From positions 1-49,034 of the IMG/VR virus record IMGVR_UViG_3300028587_000009: a DNA stretch of 49,034 nucleotides. One strand, written 5' to 3'. A program made the translations under genes and the position numbers. This DNA is from a virus. Lineage: Duplodnaviria > Caudoviricetes. Under the pieces are notes generated by a model that saw nothing but the letters and a program-made list of their open reading frames with translations, was not told the DNA's origin and ran no database searches. This document shows, piece by piece, positions 27,031 through 34,925 of this stretch (position 1 is its first letter; every line of letters begins with the position of its first letter).

Positions 27031-28692
27031 CTAGGACCAGCAAGCACCGCTCTTGCAAGTGTCCATAGAGTTGTCCTCGAATATAACACCCGTCCGGTTG
27101 ACGGCTGTCCGGTACGGTACCGGTACGATTGGCTGACCGTCCCTGCTGCCGTGAGGGTAGACCGTGAAGCCACGCAGTTCTGGCAGGAACTTCATGAGAG
27201 TCTGACCAAACTCTTTGACCTTACCCTCGTTGTTGATCTCGGAACCCCATGGAGGCATGTTGACTGTCGAGGATATTGCGTGATCAACCTTCTTTTGAAC
27301 CCAAGCCTGGAACTTGATACGCCTCTCAACGTCGTGTGCCAGGCGGTGGGCGTCTTCAACAAGGTCGGGATCAACGTTGTACTTCTCGACCAACCTGCGA
27401 ATCGTAGAGTCGATAACGAACTGAGACTTCCACACCTTGCCGTCCAGGTATCGTCTGAGATACGCACAGGCAGGGATAGGCTCGATACCGGAGGTAGTCT
27501 CGGCTACTATAGAGATGGTGCCGGTTGGTGCCACTGCTCTGGTTGCAACCGGCCTGCTCACACCCAACCTGTCCGCATAAAAGTATGCTTCTGACTGGGA
27601 GGTGCAGTAGGCGTCCAGCCACTTAGCCATCTCGTCGTTAACCCCATACTGGATACCACGCTGTAGCATCCATTCGTGCATGCCCATCAGACCAAGGCCG
27701 AGTCTCCTGTTCTTCTCCCTAACCTTGTGCATGCCCGGAATCGGTAGCTTGGAGTACAGTGTGCCGCAGAGTAAGAACGCCGTACTAAGGGACACAGCGT
27801 CGGCGAACTCCTCCTTGCTTGAGAACCTCGGCATGCTCAGACTAGCAAGGTTACAGCAGTCCTCATCGTCCCTGCTTGTAACCTCTGTGCATGCGTTGCG
27901 AAGGTTCTCCCCTGAGTTGGGACCAATGTCAACGGAGAAGCCAGGCTCACCCGTCTCCATCATACCCCTGACTGCCATGTCGTACACCTGTACCGCCCAT
28001 CTGTGGCTGACCGTGAACGTGTCCCTACCCAACTGGTAGCACCTGTTCCACCTGGGGTCACTGATGGCTGCGAAGAAGTCATCATCCAGGATGACCGAGA
28101 TGTTTGTCATATCCATTCTGGCTGGGAAGTTGAAGTCCTCTTTCTTCCCCTTCCTTACAAGCTCGGGCCAGTCCTTCATCTTAATGAAGCTAAAGACATC
28201 CGGGTGCCACCAGTGGAGTCCAGCCCAGATGGCACTGCGTCTGGACCCACCCTGCATGATGTACCGACCTGCTTCGTTCACCATGCTCATCAGAGAACAG
28301 GGTCCAGTAGACTTACCACCCATGCCCTTGACGACACACTCTTCCGCACGTAGGTTAGAGTACACCACGCCTATGCCGCCTCCCGTCATGAGAGACACGG
28401 TAATCTTCTGCATCAACTGCCCCCAACTCTCCCTGCTGTCATTCACACTGAACAAGAAGCAGTTGTTGGTTTGGGGGAACGGTCTGCCAGCCGCGTACAG
28501 GTATCTTCCTCCTGGTATAAACTTCTTCTCGGCTATCAGCTTCTCTACCCTACCAGCCAATTCCGGCATATAAGGATCCATCACACAGTGGGCAACCCTG
28601 TTGGCCGTCTCTGGCCAGGACTCCTTTCTACCGTTCAGCTCCATTGCATACTTCTTCTCGTAGATGGTCCTGGCAAATTCAGTCTCGAACAT
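27031..28692 (-). CDS. nrdJ: Ribonucleotide reductase, class II (B12-dependent)-like
   Basis: PGGRYL, NCF, GGGIG, RRSA, GEPG, NACTE, CNLASL, RRLGLG, APTGTIS, AISST.N; no beta-subunit gene nearby. Confidence 0.85.
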   Translation of the reverse strand: MFETEFARTIYEKKYAMELNGRKESWPETANRVAHCVMDPYMPELAGRVEKLIAEKKFIPGGRYLYAAGRPFPQTNNCFLFSVNDSRESWGQLMQKITVSLMTGGGIGVVYSNLRAEECVVKGMGGKSTGPCSLMSMVNEAGRYIMQGGSRRSAIWAGLHWWHPDVFSFIKMKDWPELVRKGKKEDFNFPARMDMTNISVILDDDFFAAISDPRWNRCYQLGRDTFTVSHRWAVQVYDMAVRGMMETGEPGFSVDIGPNSGENLRNACTEVTSRDDEDCCNLASLSMPRFSSKEEFADAVSLSTAFLLCGTLYSKLPIPGMHKVREKNRRLGLGLMGMHEWMLQRGIQYGVNDEMAKWLDAYCTSQSEAYFYADRLGVSRPVATRAVAPTGTISIVAETTSGIEPIPACAYLRRYLDGKVWKSQFVIDSTIRRLVEKYNVDPDLVEDAHRLAHDVERRIKFQAWVQKKVDHAISSTVNMPPWGSEINNEGKVKEFGQTLMKFLPELRGFTVYPHGSRDGQPIVPVPYRTAVNRTGVIFEDNSMDTCKSGACWS

Positions 28693-28836
28693 CCAACACT
28701 CCTTACTCACTCATCAGTTTACAACATTGGTACTGGTGTCCTCTGCATGTGGCATACACTACCCATGCGAGTCTAGGCTTTACCCCAACCCGGTACTGGG
28801 CAACCGGGTGGGTGAGTGGGGTCGGCGAAAAGGTCC

Positions 28837-28865
28837 ATTATAAAAGCAGGAGTTGCTCCTGGCAA
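28837..28865 (-). promoter_or_regulatory. sigma70-type promoter for RNR
   Basis: TTGCCA-N17-TATAAT with the internal palindrome CAGGAG-N3-CTCCTG. Confidence 0.7.
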
Positions 28866-28869
28866 CGGG

Positions 28870-31251
28870 TCACGCCGCCAGTTCTAGTTTTACCCGAGTA
28901 CCCTCGCTCCAGTTATTTGCGTGGTACTCGCAGCTAACAGGCGTGGGGATACCGATATCGTTACCACCTTGCTCCATCAGCTTGCGAATCATCTGAATCT
29001 TGTCGTAGTTGTCTTTCCAAGGTTCTGCACCAGTGCCAGCGGGGAAGTCGAACACTAGCTCGTCATGAACCTGTAGTGCAATGTACGCCTGGTCAATCCT
29101 CTTATCAGTGTTGATGCTGTCGAGGAAAGCCTGGCAACGGATCATGGCCTTCATCATCCACCACATGGCAGTTCCCTGTATGTGATAGTTCAGGGGTACG
29201 GTCGGCAACACGGTATCCCACCTTGTTCTGGTACACAGTAACGGATAGCCACGCTCGGGATCAACCGTCTTGTCTGGTATTGTCTCGACGTAGCCGTGCT
29301 TGTTGGCGAAGGCAATCATGGAGTCGTTCAGCTTCTTGATGTTCTTGAACCGGGCCTGGATCATACGCTGACCACCCTTGACGTGATACGCTCTGTCAGC
29401 TGTGCCACTAGCCTCAACTGCCCCGTACTGCACGGCGAAGTTACCGTTCTTCACCCACTGGTACAGGTCGCTGCCGTATCGTTTCTTGAACACCCTGCCG
29501 TCGATCATGGGCTTGGAGTGCTTACACTTACAGCACTCGTCTTGCTTGGCCTTCGAGTTCTTGTTGTGCACCTCCTTCTTACACTCGGTACAGCTAAGAC
29601 ACAACTCAAACTTCTCCTTGTGTAAGATATGACTAACTAGTAGGTGGTTACTGCCGAAGTAAGGAGGATCATTAGGACGCTCGAACAGGTCTATCATCTC
29701 CTTCTCTTTAGCCTCGTAAGCAGGCAGTCGTAGCTCAATGTTCTCGGCGTCTAAGCTCCACCACTCCCTACCCGGTGCGGGACCGAAGCAGTACCGTAGA
29801 TTGAAACCCTCCTTCTTGCTGATGTTCTGCTCGTTGGGGTTCTGGCTGGACCACCTCAGTGTGTCCGTGCCGGTAGGGTTCAGGCTCGGGTGGAGTACAT
29901 ACCAGTCCTCAACCATCTTCTGTAACACCCTGTCCATCACTAGCTCTTGACTGAACAGTGGCACGGCGAACCTGCGGTAAGAGGATATGTAAGCCAGTGC
30001 TGTATCCCTCTTACGCTTGGCTGACAGGTTCTCGATGAACCGCTTCTGTAGTGACCTGTCTGGTAGCGTAGCCAGGTAGTACTCAAGGGCACCCTTGTCC
30101 AAAGTGGGGTTACTGGTCTTGGACTTCTTACCCCTGATTGGCTCTAGCTTTAGTACGTCAAAGCAGAAGGTTCTGATGGAATTGTTGACCGCACCCTTGG
30201 GTAGCACCAGATCGTAAGGCTCGACTACCGTCTCACCAGTAGTCTCATCCACTAATCTCTCAACCTTAAACCCCTTGGCTATGTTCACGCATATCCGGCC
30301 AGCCCTCTCGGATTCCTCCAGGTACTCGCACTCCTGCTGATCTAACCTTGTGCCGCTGAAGGTGACACCCTTGCTCTCCATGCGATATGCCAGGCGTTGC
30401 CTCTGGAGAGAAACCATGTAGATCTTATCCAGCTTCTTCTCCTGGATCAGCTTCCACATAACCTGCCACATCAGCACGGTTACCTGACTGTCCATGTTGG
30501 CGTACTCTATGGCCACCGTCCACCAAGGGTGTACGTCTTCGGAGTCAACTTCTGGAGGGTGATACTTCCAGCCGGGCCACTTGGTACGCCAGGCAGGTAA
30601 CTTGTGATCCTGGCCATACTTGTCCCAGAGTTTCTTGCAGTTCTGGTATGCCGGGCTTTCAAGCCACTGGTAGTTAACCAGCGCTCTTGGCAGCCACGTA
30701 TCGAGTTTCCAGGACTTATCGGTGGCTGATGGCATCTCCTCCAGAGAATCACTGGCGATACGCCAGGTCTTGAGCCTACGCCTGGTATAGTCTCGTGCCT
30801 TCTTGCATGCCTCTTCAAGCCTGTCTTCCAATGGCTTGATGTTCTTCCGTACGTACCGGCTGGCCATGCTGGTAAGGTCATGGTCTAAGTTAGAACCCAG
30901 CAGGTGCCCAGCTATCAGGGTGTCACGGATGTTGTACCAGGGAAGCTTTGCTCCTGGAGAGAATGACTGTACAGGGTTGAACAACTCCAGTCCTGGCAGT
31001 ATGGTGGCCAGTGCCCTTGCATCGAACTTAGTGTTCTGAAGTATGGCCAACTCGCCACTGGCATAAACAGAGTCGAGTAACTCTTTCACCTCATCCAGTT
31101 CACCCGGTGGTATGATCGGCTGCCTGGTCTCAGGATCAACGAACCACTCCCAGTACTTGACCCTGCCGTCATCCCTACATGTGGTGACTATATAAGGCTT
31201 GGCCCCGTGGTTGAAGTCGATGCCCGTGGTCTCGGTGTCAATTGCTAACAT
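28870..31251 (-). CDS. polA: DNA polymerase family A with 3'-5' exonuclease
   Basis: ExoI DTETTG, NTKFD, TLRWSSQNPNEQNI, motif A DAENIELR, motif B KNGNFAVQYG, motif C VHDE. Confidence 0.93.
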   Translation of the reverse strand: MLAIDTETTGIDFNHGAKPYIVTTCRDDGRVKYWEWFVDPETRQPIIPPGELDEVKELLDSVYASGELAILQNTKFDARALATILPGLELFNPVQSFSPGAKLPWYNIRDTLIAGHLLGSNLDHDLTSMASRYVRKNIKPLEDRLEEACKKARDYTRRRLKTWRIASDSLEEMPSATDKSWKLDTWLPRALVNYQWLESPAYQNCKKLWDKYGQDHKLPAWRTKWPGWKYHPPEVDSEDVHPWWTVAIEYANMDSQVTVLMWQVMWKLIQEKKLDKIYMVSLQRQRLAYRMESKGVTFSGTRLDQQECEYLEESERAGRICVNIAKGFKVERLVDETTGETVVEPYDLVLPKGAVNNSIRTFCFDVLKLEPIRGKKSKTSNPTLDKGALEYYLATLPDRSLQKRFIENLSAKRKRDTALAYISSYRRFAVPLFSQELVMDRVLQKMVEDWYVLHPSLNPTGTDTLRWSSQNPNEQNISKKEGFNLRYCFGPAPGREWWSLDAENIELRLPAYEAKEKEMIDLFERPNDPPYFGSNHLLVSHILHKEKFELCLSCTECKKEVHNKNSKAKQDECCKCKHSKPMIDGRVFKKRYGSDLYQWVKNGNFAVQYGAVEASGTADRAYHVKGGQRMIQARFKNIKKLNDSMIAFANKHGYVETIPDKTVDPERGYPLLCTRTRWDTVLPTVPLNYHIQGTAMWWMMKAMIRCQAFLDSINTDKRIDQAYIALQVHDELVFDFPAGTGAEPWKDNYDKIQMIRKLMEQGGNDIGIPTPVSCEYHANNWSEGTRVKLELAA

Positions 31252-31372
31252 GTTCACTCTCCCATCCACTAAGTAGTTGCTGGGCTTCTTCTACTGTGAT
31301 ATTCACGAACGCTAACAGTATAGTGTTGACAGGCGACGAGTCGCCACCTCCCTCACTATGTTCAGGTTCCAT
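31238..31372 (-). CDS. 44-aa hypothetical protein
   Basis: ATG with GGAGG RBS; overlaps the polA start. Confidence 0.35.
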   Translation of the reverse strand: MEPEHSEGGGDSSPVNTILLAFVNITVEEAQQLLSGWESEHVSN

Positions 31373-31433
31373 TCTCTTTCCTCCAGAGAACCAGACCGAC
31401 CGGTGTTACCCGATCGGTCCAGTGGTGTTGGTA

Positions 31434-32285
31434 TCAAGAGGCTTCTTTTGGCTCCGCTTGTTCGTTGAAGACGCGTAACTGTTCGAGCGTGCGCAGACAG
31501 TTCTTACTGTCCTTCTTCAGTCCTTTGTTGTAGTACTTGCACATAGTCTCGATCATACCCCTCTGCTTGGCACTGATATAGTTACCAACGTCGAGTAAGA
31601 TTCTCCTAGGTGACACGTTCAGTTGCTCTACGAACCTGTCATCCTTGAGAATCTCACCTTGCCATGCAACCAGGGACACTACTCCATAGAAGAACAGTTC
31701 GGCCATAGCCTCATCCTGTCCTGGCCAGGTCTTCATCATAAGTGTCAGTGCTCGTTGCACCACGTCCTCACCGAATCTGGCAGTCAGTCTGTAGAGACTA
31801 CCAAGACAGGCAATCTCCCCATACTTCAGAACACGTGACCCGGTCATGGTAGGTGACGTCGGTATAGCCAGTTTCATTCCAGCACCTTCGACGGCAGACT
31901 TGGCTGCCAGTGCAATAGGGTCTTGTGCAGTCAACGAAGTAACGAACATCTGTGCAGCGGAGACGGCAACCCTACCTCCGTTCAGAATCTTGAAGATCTG
32001 AGCCTCATACTGTGGCCCACTGCTTTCCAACATCAGACACTTCCAGTGTTCCATCCCCAACTTCATCATGGCCGTCATTCGTTGCAAACCGTCAATGATG
32101 TATAGCTTACCATCACTCCTTCTACCAACCGTCAGTACTCCTGCTGCTGCTGGCATGAAGTTCTTCTCGATCTTCCTGGCGTGTGGTTTGATACCACGCT
32201 GATAGGAGTTGTCTACCGTGAGTGTAGACAATAGAACCTTCTCGATCTTACCTTCCAGACTCCCACCGATTCGACGACTCGACAT
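31434..32285 (-). CDS. ParB/Srx-like N-terminal domain protein (DUF6551-like)
   Basis: LTVDNSYQR...GVLTVGRR.DG..YIIDGLQR. Confidence 0.75.
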   Translation of the reverse strand: MSSRRIGGSLEGKIEKVLLSTLTVDNSYQRGIKPHARKIEKNFMPAAAGVLTVGRRSDGKLYIIDGLQRMTAMMKLGMEHWKCLMLESSGPQYEAQIFKILNGGRVAVSAAQMFVTSLTAQDPIALAAKSAVEGAGMKLAIPTSPTMTGSRVLKYGEIACLGSLYRLTARFGEDVVQRALTLMMKTWPGQDEAMAELFFYGVVSLVAWQGEILKDDRFVEQLNVSPRRILLDVGNYISAKQRGMIETMCKYYNKGLKKDSKNCLRTLEQLRVFNEQAEPKEAS

Positions 32286-32315
32286 AGTGTTCTCCTGTTA
32301 CTAAGACCAACGGTT

Positions 32316-32355
32316 AAAGAAACTGCCTGTCTTTCCTCACCACGCCGGACAGGCA
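32316..32355 (-). terminator. Intrinsic terminator of the ncRNA operon
   Basis: TGCCTGTC-N16-GACAGGCA followed by GTTTCTTT on the - strand. Confidence 0.6.
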
Positions 32356-32412
32356 CGACGTTCCTCGGGACACTGGTCTGTGGGAAGTGACTTTCACAGC
32401 CAGGTTGGTGAT

Positions 32413-32481
32413 TACTACCGGTAGGAATCGAACCCACCCTCCCGCAAGGTTGCGACCCTTACGTGGACCACCAGGAGTAGC
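32413..32481 (-). ncRNA. D-armless tRNA-like RNA A (69 nt)
   Basis: Acceptor GCTACT/GGTAGT, T arm GGTGGG-TTCGATT-CCTACC, central stem CGTAAGG/CCTTGCG with a 7-nt loop GTCGCAA. Confidence 0.65.
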
Positions 32482-32483
32482 AT

Positions 32484-32577
32484 TGCTGCTGGCAGGAATC
32501 GAACCTGCCCTAAAACTTCATAGCTCCCGTCTACTGGCATGTCACTATGAAGCTCCCCTCTAGCCACCAGGAGCAGC
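32484..32577 (-). ncRNA. D-armless tRNA-like RNA B (94 nt)
   Basis: Acceptor GCTGCT/AGCAGC, T arm GGCAGG-TTCGATT-CCTGCC, central stem GCTTCATAG/CTATGAAGT. Confidence 0.65.
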
Positions 32578-32580
32578 GTA

Positions 32581-32830
32581 GCAGACTTTACACCCACGGT
32601 CTGCCAGCGTGGCGGAATCTACCAACCTCGAACAGGGAGGTAAGTAGGTCGGTAGCGTGTTTGGTGGTGGGCTGCCAGCGTTATCTCCTCCGCCCACCGG
32701 GGAGTTTAACCCTGTCGCCGATGCGTCCAAGCAACAGGGGTTCGACGTACGGCCTGCTAAGGATACCCACAAGGTGTCTCCTACCTCCTTAGCAGCCTGG
32801 GACACTGGCCTTGCCCAGCAACGAGCACGG
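32581..32830 (-). ncRNA. Putative structured RNA of about 250 nt, family unknown
   Basis: Serial hairpins (CTGCTAAGGA/TCCTTAGCAG, CCCTGT/ACAGGG, GGTGGGC/GCCCACC, GCAGAC/GTCTGC) and no credible ORF. Confidence 0.5.
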
Positions 32831-32840
32831 CAGGAGAAAT

Positions 32841-32912
32841 AGGCTCCGGCAGGACTCGAACCTGCACTACTAGATTTAGAGTCTAGTCGTCTTCCAGTTG
32901 ACTCACGGAGCC
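32841..32912 (-). tRNA. tRNA with CUA anticodon (amber suppressor type)
   Basis: GGCTCCG TG AGTC AACTGGAA GACG A CTAGA CTCTAAA TCTAG TAGT GCAGG TTCGAGT CCTGC CGGAGCC T forms a 72-nt cloverleaf. Anticodon at 32877-32879; CCA is not encoded. Confidence 0.88.
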
Positions 32913-32927
32913 GGGGCGGTAGAGGAG

Positions 32928-32957
32928 ATTATAAATCTCCCCCACCTATCTTGTCAA
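32928..32957 (-). promoter_or_regulatory. Strong sigma70-type promoter for the tRNA/ncRNA operon
   Basis: TTGACA-N18-TATAAT, 15 nt before the tRNA; the palindrome GGAGATT-N3-AATCTCC spans the -10. Confidence 0.75.
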
Positions 32958-32960
32958 GCA

Positions 32961-33251
32961 CTACTCCGGCTGAGAGTAGTTAACACCGCTGTTGAATCCT
33001 TCTGCGAAACACGCGGCTTGATCCAGGTTCTTCAGCCGTAGTTGGTATCGGCACCTATCGTCGTCTGGGTCAACGATGCCGAGGTTTACTCCAACACCGA
33101 TAGAGTCATACTGCCAGGTAGTGTCTCCAACTGTAAACCGAAACACACCTGGCTTGACTTCTGTTGCCTTGTTGGCAAACGGTATCTCTTTGGTTCTTGG
33201 TTTACCCACTGGCCACCCCCTTTCACTCGGAGTCGTCACCGAGCAGGTCAT
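32961..33251 (-). CDS. Hypothetical protein (true start probably near 33210)
   Basis: The ORF fills the gap in the operon. Confidence 0.55.
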   Translation of the reverse strand: MTCSVTTPSERGWPVGKPRTKEIPFANKATEVKPGVFRFTVGDTTWQYDSIGVGVNLGIVDPDDDRCRYQLRLKNLDQAACFAEGFNSGVNYSQPE

Positions 33252-34701
33252 CCCAAGGAACGTTACGATACTCCTGTTCGGTAGCTAAGTCTTGAACTGT
33301 CACAGTCCGGGTGCTAGGCTGCACACCGATCACCTTTACCTCAGTTCTCTTGCCAGGCTTCTTAGACCGTGCGTTGATGGGTTTATAGTACCACACCTGA
33401 TCCTCTTCAGGCATGAACTCATCCTCGCCACCCTCCTCTGCTGGTGCCTCATCGGTCTGATCCTCCACTTCTTCAGCAGGAGGCTCGCCACCCATGATCC
33501 ATCCTTTCACCTGCTCCCAGCTTTCGGAGTTGAGAACGTCCGCCTCCGTGTACCCGGCATTGATGGCCAGGTTGGTGAGTTCCGCCTGAGCCTCGCCGTC
33601 CATACGGTTGCAACGCTCAACCAAACCATCCAGATCACCAAACTCATCGAACGGTTCCGGCTCTGGTGCCGGTCGTGCCATAGGCTTCTTGCCTGCCGGA
33701 GTAGGTGCTGGTCTGACGGCAGGCTTGGCCGGAGTAGGTGCCTTGGTTGGCGGAGCCTTTGCTGTCATCTTGGCAGGAGCGGCAGTTGGCTTAGCTGTCG
33801 GAGCAGTCGGTCTTGCCATCGGCTTACTAGCCGGAGCAGCAGGCTTCTCTGTGGCAGCCATAGGCTTACCCGCCGTGGGCTTCTGGGTAGAGGTAGCAGT
33901 AGCCTTCTGTGGTGCACCAACCGTAGGCTTGGCAGAGGATTTGGCCACCGGGTGCATACCCTGATACTGCCGTCCTTGCGTTGCGGGTGGTGCCACTCTC
34001 CCGTTCCCAGTGTTGTCAACCGTGTCGTTCACCTCCTGAGGTGTATAATCCTTTACCCATCCGTGCCACGAGTGTAGGGTCTTTGGTTCCCTACCGGCGA
34101 AGGGGTTAGCTTCCATGGCTGCCTCTTCGGTTGGCCATGCACCGGGGTTGCGAGATGGCTTGAGGTTGCCGGTCTTAGCATCTTCTGACCAGATACGCCA
34201 CTTGCCGTCGTCGCTCTGTGCAACCACCTCCTTATCCATCTTGTAGGTCCGGAACCTGAAGTAGATGGGGGGATCAGCGTTTTTGAGATCCTCACACACC
34301 TGCTCGAGATCCTCAAACTCCAGGGTACTGGTCTCCTGACCAAGCTGACGGAGAACGTTGTACACGAACCCCATGTGATCCTCAACAGTCTCCCTCGTAC
34401 GACCTGGGGTATCATACAGAGGTTCCGTGATCGAGGTTAGCTGGCCCTCGGTACGGATGCCATTGAACTCCTTTGGTGTGTCAACACGACCACCGGCGTA
34501 GAAGTACCACTCACCCTCGTTCGGACCAGACTTGTACTTGTCAAACTTCATCTCCGTCAGCATGGCGACACCGCCATCAATTCCTGGAGGAAGCTCACCC
34601 ATGAACCCGTACTTCGTCTCGGCATCCTTGTGCTGCTCGTGTGCGGCAGCCAGACGGTCACGCATGCTGGACACGAAATCGGACTGGTGTTGCTTCGCCA
34701 T
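33223..34701 (-). CDS. Putative ssDNA-binding protein with long P/A/K/T-rich linker and acidic/SH3-like C-terminus
   Basis: Follows the exonuclease and Sak4-like ATPase genes (typical exo-annealase-SSB order); beta-rich N-terminus; strong RBS. Confidence 0.5.
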   Translation of the reverse strand: MAKQHQSDFVSSMRDRLAAAHEQHKDAETKYGFMGELPPGIDGGVAMLTEMKFDKYKSGPNEGEWYFYAGGRVDTPKEFNGIRTEGQLTSITEPLYDTPGRTRETVEDHMGFVYNVLRQLGQETSTLEFEDLEQVCEDLKNADPPIYFRFRTYKMDKEVVAQSDDGKWRIWSEDAKTGNLKPSRNPGAWPTEEAAMEANPFAGREPKTLHSWHGWVKDYTPQEVNDTVDNTGNGRVAPPATQGRQYQGMHPVAKSSAKPTVGAPQKATATSTQKPTAGKPMAATEKPAAPASKPMARPTAPTAKPTAAPAKMTAKAPPTKAPTPAKPAVRPAPTPAGKKPMARPAPEPEPFDEFGDLDGLVERCNRMDGEAQAELTNLAINAGYTEADVLNSESWEQVKGWIMGGEPPAEEVEDQTDEAPAEEGGEDEFMPEEDQVWYYKPINARSKKPGKRTEVKVIGVQPSTRTVTVQDLATEQEYRNVPWDDLLGDDSE

Positions 34702-34822
34702 TGTGTTAGCTCCTTTATGCTAGATACTGTAGTGAACAATGTCCTCTGGCTCGCATTTGTTACTCCCCTAGAGGACGTAGGTGAGTTGTGTTTAGTCTCC
34801 GATGCAAGCCTGTCGGAGTTGT

Positions 34823-34922
34823 TGGTGGCACTGCCTAGACTGCAACGAGCAGTTTACCCTTCTAGAGCTTGTAGTCCTCGTAAGACCAAGCCGTACCAGA
34901 GGCAGGAGTGGTACACAGTGCC
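34823..34922 (-). ncRNA. Putative four-way-junction RNA ending in ACCA
   Basis: GGCACTG/CAGTGCC closes three hairpins and is followed by ACCA. Confidence 0.45.
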
Positions 34923-34925
34923 GTG

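Noticed and set aside
28693-28836. Cobalamin riboswitch or NrdR box in the RNR leader
   Set aside because: No B12-box was recognised, and ACCAATGTTGT is only a partial NrdR-like match.
28870-31251. Intein or intron in polA, RNR or primase
   Set aside because: No C...HN splice junctions or LAGLIDADG motifs; the ORFs are continuous and the inserts are short.
32316-32840. tmRNA or RNase P RNA
   Set aside because: No GGGG 5' end with a G3-U70 acceptor closing a long body, no tag ORF and no RNase P P4 consensus were recognised.
32213-32842. Short ORFs listed in the track over the ncRNA region
   Set aside because: They lack RBSs and motifs and overlap the tRNA-like structures.
32841-32912. tRNA-Pyl
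   Set aside because: It has a canonical GG D loop, a TTC T loop and a 5-bp anticodon stem, and there are no pyl genes in the window.
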